64,000 nucleotides of DNA from Chara braunii (Eukaryota; Plantae; Charophyceae). Location: contig BFEA01000025.1 in assembly GCA_003427395.1 (NCBI GenBank), forward strand, positions 3,071,036-3,135,035, in the 5' to 3' direction. Position 1 is the stretch's first letter; every line of letters starts with the position of its first letter. The notes beneath the pieces were generated by a model. That model saw nothing but the letters and a program-made list of their open reading frames with translations, was not told the DNA's origin and searched no databases. A program made the position numbers and the translations under genes. Of the stretch, positions 37,354 to 45,790 are shown piece after piece.

Positions 37354-40300
37354 CGAGAGTCGAGATTATCATGCACTGACGCCGCCGCAGCATTACAGAG
37401 TGCCAACATAGCAGCAGGAGCCTGGTAGCACTGCAATGAGGGAATGCGATTCCACGGCTGCACAACCTTTGAGCGACTGCACATGAAGAGCAGCTACGCG
37501 CTAAATGGATGCTGCCATTGCGAAAGTCTAGCTGTCCCTTTCCCCCACTGCACTCCAAACAGGCGCTCACAGCCACTAGTGTCTCGAGATCGGGTGGAGC
37601 TGTGTTGTCTTTGCTACCATCCCTTTTCTGTTGAAGTCTTAAAAATCCTTTTGATGCTTGCCAGTGAAAAGCTACCGAAATTCTTCTCTTCCCCCCCCCN
37701 CCCCCCTCCCCCCCCCCTCCTCCCCCCGAATGGATGGGGCATCAGCTAAGTCACTTAAGTGTTGTGTCAAAAAAGTAAAACAGGATAAGTTTAGGGTGTG
37801 GTTGGTTGAAGCATCTGTCGAGGATATGGGGGAGTCGGCATAATGAGAATTTGAAAGTGAGCTCAGAAAAAATCGGGGGATTTTTGGGAACAAACCTGGT
37901 TGGGTGAAGCAAATCTGGAGTCTCTAGAGTCTACACTTTGTTTATCTAGATTCGAGAATCTATCTAGATTCGTTTTTTTCAAAGGAAAAAAAAAAGAAAG
38001 AAAGAAAAAAAAAGAGAGGGAGAGGGACCGACTATAGCAGTCGTAATGGCATGACGATGACTAATTGATGTTTTCTTGTGGCTGTGGAACCTGCATCTCC
38101 CTGAGCACCGTCTTTCAGGCTTACGTTGCAGATGGCAGGCTGAAGCTGGCAAAGCCCAGGTCAGAAATAGCAGAACTGAAGCATATGTCTCTGATGGTAA
38201 GCAAGCACATTCCTTCTCATTCCTGTCTGTACATTGATGGTAGTATGGACTCTGTGCACTTTCTGCTCGATATATAGGTACATCATATATCGTCAATTAG
38301 ATATATATTATATATATAGGGTTCAGCCTCCTGATGAGTCGGTGAAACTCCGACGAAACAGTTTGTCACAGCCCCTCCTTTGTTGTCCTCTTCTCCCTCC
38401 CTCCCTCTCTGCCTAAGGTTTACCGGGCAGCTCTGTGTTATGAACCTGGTTGCTTGTTGTCAGAAGACTAACACTCACTCACATAGACTTCCATGCATGC
38501 CCATACATACACAGAAGGAAGGTGAGATGATAGGAGTATCACACCACACAGAGAGAATGAAACACAGCAGAAGCCATGTCCCGCCGATATGATATGACAG
38601 AATACCCTGAAAGTGCAATTCGCTCCACGGAGTCCCCACAACCAGTCACAAAGGAAAGTAGAGTAGATCACATCCAGGAAACAATGACGCAAAGATCGTC
38701 AACACACAGTATTGCATGGGTCCTGGGGACCATCTCACGCAAGTGTGTACATGCCATGCATCGTACTCCCACACACAATGAACAGTAGTCTGACAATAGA
38801 CAAANNNNNNNNNNNNNNNNNNNNNNNNNNNNNNNNNNNNNNNNNNNNNNNNNNNNNNNNNNNNNNNNNNNNNNNNNNNNNNNNNNNNNNNNNNNNNNNN
38901 NNNNNNNNNNNNNNNNNNNNNNNNNNNNNNNNNNNNNNNNNNNNNNNNNNNNNNNNNNNNNNNNNNNNNNNNNNNNNNNNNNNNNNNNNNNNNNNNNNNN
39001 NNNNNNNNNNNNNNNNNNNNNNNNNNNNNNNNNNNNNNNNNNNNNNNNNNNNNNNNNNNNNNNNNNNNNNNNNNNNNNNNNNNNNNNNNNNNNNNNNNNN
39101 NNNNNNNNNNNNNNNNNNNNNNNNNNNNNNNNNNNNNNNNNNNNNNNNNNNNNNNNNNNNNNNNNNNNNNNNNNNNNNNNNNNNNNNNNNNNNNTCAGCG
39201 CACAAGTGCACCAGCACTTCCACGCATTGCAGCCAGTGGAGATCTGGCGAGGAATGAGGCAGGCAGCTCTTTTAATAGTGCTGGCCACTCCTCGCTGGGT
39301 CTGCATTGGCTCAATTCAGCCTCTCCCTTTGTCCCAGACCCTGCATTGCATGTGTCCCGGTACAGTCCCAATGAGATTCAACTGCTGCTGAGGCACTTCG
39401 GCCTGGATTTGGACTTGAAAGTCTGGATCTGGACTGACCACTTGACTTAGACCAGAACTGGGACTGTACACAGACACACCCTTACTCGAACAGACATGAC
39501 ATACACATCTCCTGGTGAACAGGTAAGTCTTTTGACAATGCCCTTTGCCTTAGATTTAGATGTGCCTGTTGATAGAGAGCTTGACTTTTGACCTGTTTTC
39601 ACGTTTCTGAGCCCTGGCAAGATACCTTTTCACAATGCTTTACTTGTACAAGGCCCGTGCTGCTCTATTTTTACAAGGCCTGAGGCCTATATCGGGTAAA
39701 GGCCCTTTTAGTATCAACACTGTGTATTACACTCAGAGAGTCGTTTTGCCCGAATAGTCTCAGAACCATGGTGCGTTGCTCAGGAGTGAGCAGCGCTTCT
39801 TCCCAACCCCGAGTAACGGCTATCTGCCACTCCAGAACCCCTGAAACAACCAGCGGCGCCACCCAGATACTGCCTCCAGAGGGGAGCGCCACCCTGAAAC
39901 AGGCCCCTGAGGCCAAGCGCCTCTCAGAAGATGAAGAAGAAGACCAGCGCCAAAGTCTCTGATGAAAATGAAGTGCCAGAGGACTTCACTAGGGAAGATC
40001 TGCAGCAGCACCACCGTTCCTTTTTTTTTTTTTTTTTTTCCTTTCCTGACAAAGGAAATCTCTGAGGATGTAAGCTGCAGCTATGGCTGGCGCGCCACTA
40101 CCCTGAACCCTACTCCTGAGGAGGGTTCGACAGGGCACCAACTTCTGCCACTTCCAGCAGACGTCAGATAGCCCAGACCTCTGAGCAGCCCCACTTACTG
40201 CCAGAGAACAGCGAAGGACCCAGCTATGGACGACGCTTCGAGGGTCTGGCTATGTCTGTCTCTTTCTTCAACGCTGAAGCTGTCACCACTCCAGTTCACG

Positions 40301-42823
40301 CGTTGCGCCGCCGCGATCTGCAAAATGCCAATCGTCAAAAAGCCCTGAACAGACTTCCTCATTCTATTAATAGATCCACTCTAGCCTACACTCGACCAAC
40401 ACCGGACCTACTGGACCGACCGGTACCGTTTCTGTTTCGGCCTCTAGGGCCTCTCCTTACCCGGCTATAGGCTATAGGTCCAAGGTTGATGAGAAGTGTT
40501 CCACCAATTTACAGAGAATTTCATTATTGGTATATTTATTTATGAGACCTATACAAACAAAAAGAGAAGCTACGTCTGCAGAAAAGAATAGAAAACGTAG
40601 TGGACCTAAATGTAGGAAGTCTGGTTTTTACTCTTATATCAAGTTATATCATTATATGTGGTATTCATTCTTGTTTGACTCTTGGATTGAGATCTACAGA
40701 GTCTCAGCATAGGCCCTTAGGCCTGTCTGTCCACGTGGTAGCCCGGGCCTGCTATTCGCAGTTAGGGGGGACTAGAGGGAAATAGGATTAGTGGGGGTCG
40801 GTTGGTCTCTACGACTTTGCAGATATGTCCCTCACGTATTTCCCGACAGGCTGGTTTCCCGGTTAGTACACAGCAGAAACAAAATTACGAATCTGTCCTA
40901 CTATGTTACAGCCTCGCCTCGGTTCGACGGGGTGCAGGCTGCAGAATCAGCAAGTCATTGCATCTGTTTGACTATGTATAGGGTTGAGCCTCCAGATGAG
41001 TCGGCGAAACTCCCACGAAACAGTTTGGCACAGCCCCTCGTTTCTTGTCCTCTTCTCCCTCTCTGCCTACGGTTTACCGTCGGCAGCTCTGTTTGACGAT
41101 ATATACGACTACTTCGCTAACACACTGCTACGGTTTTCTCCGGTCAGGTCGAGCGGCCGTGGTCGGGGCCGTCACTACGCGGCCTTGCTGTGCCTCGAGT
41201 GCCAGCGGCGTGTCTAGAGTGTATTTTTTGGCTGTGACAGACCTTTCTTTGTTTCGTGGGTGTTTTGCTTGCTTGTGGCTTGGGATGGGGTGTGAACCGA
41301 CAGTCTGTAGAGTTTTCCATCAGGTGTGGGTGAGTGATAGTCTGCTTTGATTTTCGTCACGGGTACCTTGAGGGGCAGTGGTTGGTGGTCCCCACCACCA
41401 CCTCAGAGGGGTATTAGTTGTCGGGCAGTCGTTGATGCTTAACCACAACCGGGGTTCAGGCGGATTATCACTTACAGTGTAATCAGTCAGTTAAGGGATT
41501 CTGCAGACTGTTGAGGGTTCAGCCTCCTCCTGACGAGTGAGTCGGTGAAACTCCGATGAAACAGTTTGTCCTCTTCTTTGAAAATACTAAAATAGGAATG
41601 AAAGGTTTTCACGAGCGTTTCTTTCCTTTTTTTATCATTTGTTATGATTTTACAATCTTGAAATTTGAATACGTCAACTAAACGGCCTCGGCCCTCCGGT
41701 GAGACCAGACCCCTAAAAATGACGATGTTACATCACGCAAATTCCATACCGGTCTGCAGTTTGAAATCATGATCTTTTTTCTGACACAGTGACATGTGTG
41801 TGCCATACACACTGAGGCACATGGGCTGGGTGCAGTCTCGTTGTTGTTGTTGTTGTTTTTTTTTTTTTTTTTTTNTTTTTTTTTTTTTTTTTTCCCCAAC
41901 GAAATGCAGGAGATAGTCCGAGATACATATTGAATATAGCTGGAAACTCTGGAAACTGAGGATAGAGAGTCCCACAGTCCCTCTATCCTCCTCTTTTTTT
42001 TTTTGCGTCTGTCTCGCTTTTTTCTTTTCCCCCCTAACTTCCCTAAGTCCCTTTATTTATTTATATAGGGCCCAGTCTCCAAGGCAAAAATACAAGTGAG
42101 AGTTATGGTTGGCGTCGGCTGCAATTTCAGGGGCCTCTAGGCCTCCAGCCTCACTTCGGCAGGCAGAGACTGTCCCCCCCCTCGCTATTCTGAAGTGCAT
42201 TCTTTTTCAGTCCTGTCTGACTAGTGACTACCCTATTTACCCGAATAGAATGGAAGGTGATTGTCTCCGTATGGAGGCTGGAAGTTGCCCCAAATACGCA
42301 GCTATAATTAATTTACAACGTACGTTCTATTCGGGGGAAGGAGGTAGAAGCTCTTGCCTTATACATGAAGTGTTTTGTGCACTGTCCCCATCCTTTGTTG
42401 CAAGGTCTTGTCGGTCTGACGTCAGTGATGGTCTTGTGGTGGCAGGGTGCCCAGGGCAAGCTCTCTCCCCCCCCCCCCCCAATGATCAGGTCAAGCATTT
42501 TGCTGCTTTGTATCATTCTTTCTGAAAAACTTTGCCGCAGAATGTTTTCGTAACGTTCGATGCATGTGTGCTTGTTTTATCTTTTCTTTTCTTTTCTTTT
42601 CTTTTCTTTTCTTTTCTTTTCTTTTCTTTTGTTTGGGCAGAGAACCATAGAGTTATGGCTGCGCGCAGATGTTGAGCAGCAGCGAAAGGCCAGGAAGGAG
42701 CGGCGAGCGAGAGGCGAAAAGGGAAACCCGTTCGAGTCGGTCGTCGTTCAGAACAATGGGTGGGCGGCAGGCCGCATGTCGTCAACATTGAAAGGCAGTA
42801 GTAATTCCGTCCTGAGGCTCTGA
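17202..42823 (+). CDS. ABCI20: ABC transporter I family member 20-like soluble ABC ATPase (CAF16-like), 7 exons, ~334 aa
   Basis: Exons 17202-17442, 27813-27946, 28677-28796, 31405-31500, 35964-36116, 38119-38196 and 42641-42823 join in frame (1005 nt). They give Walker A GANGAGKTT, signature VSDGQRRRV, Walker B LLLDE, H-loop YATH and C-terminal NNGWAAGR, colinear with Arabidopsis ABCI20 as I recall it. Confidence 0.95.
19379..19581. repeat. ~32-bp repeats (one dispersed plus three tandem)
   Basis: CCGAATAGAACGCGGGGCCTTGACTGCGGATC. Confidence 0.82.
21383..21493. repeat. 21-bp minisatellite
   Basis: TAGGTGATTGATTAGGCCTAA. Confidence 0.85.
21926..22118. repeat. 33-bp minisatellite, about 6 copies
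   Basis: TTCCCGCCAAATAATAATTTCAACAGGTAAATG in tandem. Confidence 0.92.
23000..26068 (-). mobile_element. 5'-truncated, degenerate L1/Tx1-type LINE ORF2 (reverse transcriptase) in ABCI20 intron 1
   Basis: [31 protein letters not shown] and GGLGI motifs across frameshifted ORFs; AT-rich insert at about 23990-24290; 3' limit approximate. Confidence 0.88.
26641..26775. repeat. 27-bp minisatellite, 5 copies
   Basis: TAGTCTGGAAGAGTGTACACAAGTCTR. Confidence 0.92.
26903..26975 (+). mobile_element. tRNA-derived SINE-like head (copies at about 26288 +, 34333 +, 22332 -, 33898 -)
   Basis: A box TAGCTCAATTGGTA and B box GAGTTCGAATCC with a shared GAAATACAGACCC linker; no full cloverleaf. Confidence 0.65.
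27100..27810. repeat. degenerate GCT/ATG-rich repeat directly upstream of ABCI20 exon 2
   Basis: GCTATGGCTG / GCTGATGCTG units. Confidence 0.85.
27813..27946 (+). CDS. ABCI20: ABCI20 exon 2
   Basis: tgcAG|(G)[16 protein letters not shown]...YLGGE|GTGGGT; the phase matches exon 1. Confidence 0.93.
28677..28796 (+). CDS. ABCI20: ABCI20 exon 3 (GC donor)
   Basis: gcAG|[13 protein letters not shown]...RRRRLIQ|GCAAGA. Confidence 0.92.
29872..30183 (+). pseudogene. rps11: mitochondrial ribosomal protein S11 fragment (NUMT), lacks the C-terminal HNGCRP.. tail
   Basis: [23 protein letters not shown]...[14 protein letters not shown]...KGLGYGK...DVTPTP. Confidence 0.9.
30184..30420 (+). pseudogene. 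nad5: mitochondrial nad5 N-terminal fragment with a 78-bp tandem duplication (NUMT)
   Basis: [46 protein letters not shown]; the last 26 codons are repeated. Confidence 0.9.
30419..30511 (-). pseudogene. rps10: mitochondrial rps10 5' fragment (NUMT)
   Basis: [13 protein letters not shown]...[10 protein letters not shown] resembles the plant mitochondrial S10 N-terminus (..IVIKSF..LP....LYTVLRSPH). Confidence 0.75.
30690..30815 (-). pseudogene. group II intron maturase (domain X) fragment (NUMT)
   Basis: [35 protein letters not shown] resembles the domain X 'API..I...L...GFC...G.P' motif. Confidence 0.65.
30816..31033 (+). other. probable organellar group II intron fragment
   Basis: Non-coding GC-richer segment (..GAGAGCATTTGGTGGAACCGGTGAACC..) resembling plant mitochondrial intron sequence; lies between two NUMT pieces. 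Confidence 0.4.
31035..31265 (+). pseudogene. atp1: mitochondrial atp1 3' end fragment (NUMT)
   Basis: [19 protein letters not shown]...[13 protein letters not shown]-stop matches the ATP synthase alpha C-terminus. Confidence 0.9.
31405..31500 (+). CDS. ABCI20: ABCI20 exon 4
   Basis: gtAG|[32 protein letters not shown]|GTGAGG (not in the ORF track; translated by hand). Confidence 0.95.
32017..32633. repeat. compound (TTTC)n / TTTCGACC microsatellite
   Basis: Seen directly in the sequence. Confidence 0.9.
32640..33420 (+). mobile_element. diverged subfamily copy of the hammerhead element, interrupted
   Basis: 32640-32960 aligns with 41085-41410 (e.g. GGGCCGTCACTA..GCTGTGCCT, ATAGTCTGCTTTGATTT); 33368-33420 is CCGACGAAACAGTCTGTGACAGCCC.. 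Confidence 0.6.
35007..35856. repeat. 21-bp minisatellite array
   Basis: TTGTACGGTTGCCCTTCRACT units, degenerate. Confidence 0.9.
35964..36116 (+). CDS. ABCI20: ABCI20 exon 5
   Basis: gcAG|[12 protein letters not shown]...[16 protein letters not shown]|GTGCGT. Confidence 0.95.
38119..38196 (+). CDS. ABCI20: ABCI20 exon 6
   Basis: ttcAG|[26 protein letters not shown]|GTAAGC. Confidence 0.92.
38318..38437 (+). ncRNA. hammerhead repeat fragment equivalent to the 3' cleavage product (intact CTGATGA / stem II / GAAA core)
   Basis: (TA)n-AGGGTTCAGCCTC-CTGATGA-GTCGG-TGAAACT-CCGAC-GAAA-CAGTTTGT; the upstream stem III strand is missing. Confidence 0.75.
40980..41570 (+). mobile_element. hammerhead-bounded non-coding repeat (retrozyme-like monomer of ~534 nt plus the start of the next unit)
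   Basis: The same ribozyme motif occurs at both ends (40980-41030 and 41503-41570); internal sequence is shared with 44129-44496 and 32640-32960. Confidence 0.75.
41503..41569 (+). ncRNA. type III hammerhead ribozyme, degenerate copy
   Basis: GCAGACTG-TT-GAGG-loop-CCTC-CTGACGA-(GTGA insert)-GTCGG-TGAAACT-CCGAT-GAAA-CAGTTTGT. Confidence 0.7.
42641..42823 (+). CDS. ABCI20: ABCI20 exon 7 (terminal)
   Basis: (CTTTT)n tract...gcAG|RTIELWLR...[26 protein letters not shown]. Confidence 0.92.
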   Translation, partial: RTIELWLRADVEQQRKARKERRARGEKGNPFESVVVQNNGWAAGRMSSTLKGSSNSVLRL

Positions 42824-43682
42824 CCAAAAATACAGCAAGTTCTCTGCAAACAAAAAGGTAAAAAAACAGATGGTTAAAACGAGAAAGTAAAGTGAACAAA
42901 AAAAAGAGCACCTGCTGTGCAGCCGTGCGCATGCAACAAAAATAAAATATAAGGAAAAAAAAAAAAAAAGATAGATTATTTTTTTTCGTAGGCTAATGCA
43001 ACAAAAATGCTAAGAATGAAAAAATAATGACCTATTTCAACATACATGTCCTTCGTCGGATCTGTGGGCGCCTGCTGTGCAGCCGTGCGCATGACATCGA
43101 AAAGGGTTTGTTTGGACTTCGAAGTTTGAACTTGAAGCTTGTTGAGGGTTCGTAAAAGTAAATGGAGACTTTTCTGTCTCTTTTTTTTTTATTTGTGAGA
43201 GGGGTAGGGGGAAGGAGGAGAGGAGGGGGACGAATAGTGTGTGGGCTGCCAAAAATCTTGTCGAGAATCAATAAAGCATTACGGGGTTGAAGTCGGTGAG
43301 TCAATGGAGACTTTTCTGTCTATTTATGTGTGAGAGGGGTAGGGGGAAGGAGGAGGAGAGGAGGGGGACGAATAAAGGTAAAAGCCATGCGGAGTCGCGG
43401 ACAGAGCACCTGATCTGTAGGCTATTTGATCGTCGAGTCACTGGCTGTTTTTTTTTTGTTTTTGTTTTTGTTTGTTTTGTTTTGTTTTGTTTTTTGAACT
43501 TTTTTTCCCTTGCGATTGTAATGAGTGAAAAACGGTACGCCAGGGATCTTGCAGGCCGCATGAAAAATTATGCAAGGGTACATTTGTAAATCTTGCAAAT
43601 TTGGATGGCATAGCTGTGTATCACTGTATCTGCAATTTCGGGAAATGCAGTTTTGGGAAACAGAAAGGTGGACATTTGTGAT

Positions 43683-43766
43683 GTCCTCCTTCGGGACATC
43701 CGTTTAAATTGGAACGATACAGAGAAGATTGATTAGCATGGCCCCTGCGCAAGGATGACACACATA
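43683..43766 (+). pseudogene. U6: U6 snRNA copy, 5' portion (interrupted)
   Basis: GTCC..TTCGGGACATCCG..AAATTGGAACGATACAGAGAAGATT(GATT)AGCATGGCCCCTGCGCAAGGATGACACACATA; ACAGAGA box and ISL present; 4-nt GATT duplication; no clear upstream USE or TATA. Confidence 0.9.
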
Positions 43767-43987
43767 TCCTGATGAATCGGTGAAACTCCGACGAAACAGT
43801 TTGTCACAGCCCCCTTGATTGTTGTCCTCCTCTCCCTCTCTGCCTACGGTTTACCGGGCAGCTGACTATATATATATTGTCAAATAGAACTGCCCGGTAA
43901 ACCGTAGGCAGAGAGGGAGAGGAGGACAACAATCAAGGGGGCTGTGACAAACTGTTTCGGCGGAGTTTCACCGATTCATCAGGATAT
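43764..43987. repeat. 98-bp-arm fold-back inverted repeat of the hammerhead element
   Basis: 43764-43861 is the reverse complement of 43890-43987 with one mismatch; 28-nt TA-rich spacer. Confidence 0.92.
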
Positions 43988-44128
43988 ATACATGTACAAG
44001 AATATTGTGATGAAATCTTAATTACAGATGACCATACAGAAGTAGGAAACATGATTGCTAGGATTGAGCCTGCTATATACTGTTTGTGACGATATATTAT
44101 ATAAATATATATAATGTTATATATATAT

Positions 44129-44627
44129 ATGAGTCGGTGAAACTCCGACGAAACAGTTTGTCACAGCCCCTCGTTTGTTGTCCTCTTCTCTCTCTCTGCC
44201 TACGGTTTACCGGGCAGTTCTGTTTGTGACGATATATATTATAAATATATATTAGTTTTCCATCTGGTGTGGGTGAGTGATAGTCTGCTTTGATTTCCGT
44301 CACAGGTACCTTGAGGGAAGTGGTTGGTGGTCCCCACCACCTCAGAGGGGTATCAGTTGTCGGGCAGTGGTTGATGGTTAACCACAACCGGGGTTAAGGT
44401 GGATTATTACTTAGAGTGTAATCAGTATGGGATTCTGCAGACTGTTGAGGGTTCAGCCTCCTCATGGGTCGGTGAAACTCCGATGAAAAAGTTTGTTATC
44501 GGCAAACAGAACTGCCCGGTAAACTATAGGTAGAGAGGGAGAAGAGGACAAGAAACGAGGGGCTGTGACAAACTGTTTTGTCGGAGTTTCACGGACTCAT
44601 CAGGAGGCTGAACCCTGAACAGTTTGC
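44129..44627. mobile_element. internally deleted hammerhead-element monomer, next ribozyme copy (44437-44496, +) and inverted copy (44503-44627, -)
   Basis: Direct alignment to 40980-41570; cores are mutated (CTCATGG on +; GAAA to AAAA on -). Confidence 0.78.
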
Positions 44628-44768
44628 GGTGAATCTGGACGTGTTTGTGGAGACGTGCAGTTCAGGAAACTCAACACCATTTCTGCACATCTCCGCAAAA
44701 GCGTCCAGATTCAGGCGTTGAGGTAGCTCAACGCTGCTATTGGGACTTGGCCCCAGAGGGCAGTCGGT

Positions 44769-44810
44769 AAGGATGACACGCATAATTTGAGAAATGGTTC
44801 AGTTTCTTTT
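44769..44810 (+). pseudogene. U6: U6 snRNA copy, 3' portion
   Basis: AAGGATGACACGCATAATTTGAGAAATGGTTCAGTTTCTTTT matches the plant U6 3' end. Confidence 0.85.
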
Positions 44811-44919
44811 TTATTATTATTATTATTATTATTATTTTTAAGTTCAATTTTCTTTCTAGGTATAGGTAAGAAAAAACTTTGAAAAAAGAGATCATTATGA
44901 TAATATATGATTCCGTAAT

Positions 44920-44952
<33 letters not shown>

Positions 44953-45477
44953 ACTTATACAAGCCGGGAAATGGCCCCATCGTCCCCTGGCAAAATGTTA
45001 TTGTGCTCCACTATGAGGGTGTCATCACCGGCCAAGCTCAGACGGGCAGATGCATTGGCAAGAAAAATATATAACGGAAAGAAAAACAAGCTGCCTGCCA
45101 GCAAATTATGTGATCTAAGGAGCCAGTAACATCCATGGTACTACATGTATGGGGCTGGCTCCACTGCACAGCACTCTCCGTGCATCTGGCTTCTTTCTGG
45201 TACCGATACAGTCGAAATGTTGGACTTGGCCAAATGCACCTGGTCCAGAGGTGGACCAAATGCATGTAGAGCGTTGTGTAGTGGAGCGAGGGCCTATGTA
45301 AGTCTATCTGCAGTGCCTGCCTGAAATGTGGAACAACAGCTGTACACGTATCTACAGTGCCTACCTAATATATAAAACACCAGCAACCCACAAAAAGCAG
45401 CAATTCCCATACAACGAGTCAACGACATGTATGTACTATGTACATGGCTTTCAGTGAGGGAGGAGGCTACTGGGGCA

Positions 45478-45790
45478 AACACAGTAACAAAAACAGTAAC
45501 AAACACAGTAACAAGAACAGTAACAAAAACAGTAACAAAAACAGTAACAAAAACAGTAACAAAAACAGTAACAAAAACAGTAACACAGTAACAAAAACAG
45601 TAACACGGTAACAAAAACAGTAACAGAAACAGTAACAAGAATAGTAACAAAAACAGTAACAAGAACAGTAACAAAAACAGTAACACAGTAACAAGAACAG
45701 TAACAAAAACAGTAACAAGAACAGTAACAAGAACAGTAACAAAGAACAGTAACAAGAACAGTATCAAAAACAGTAACAAAAACATAACCA
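45478..45790. repeat. 12-bp minisatellite
   Basis: AACAGTAACAAR. Confidence 0.92.

Noticed and set aside
38321-38375. Type I hammerhead reading with cleavage at the downstream GUC (GAAACAGTTTGTC)
   Set aside because: Bases after GTC (ACAG) cannot pair with those before CTGATGA (CCTC). The type III fold with the upstream GUU gives all three stems.
10435-39970. Other isolated CTGATGA hits (about 10435, 14582, 33439, 39959)
   Set aside because: No stem II followed by GAAA; chance matches.
40984-41350. Protein coding within the hammerhead monomer (similar peptides at 32655)
   Set aside because: Similarity appears in more than one frame and is broken by stops and indels, which fits plain nucleotide homology.
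43767-44768. Spliceosomal intron in U6, or a Dada transposon
   Set aside because: No GT...AG ends, no transposase, and the duplication is 16 bp; the U6 copy also has a damaging GATT duplication.
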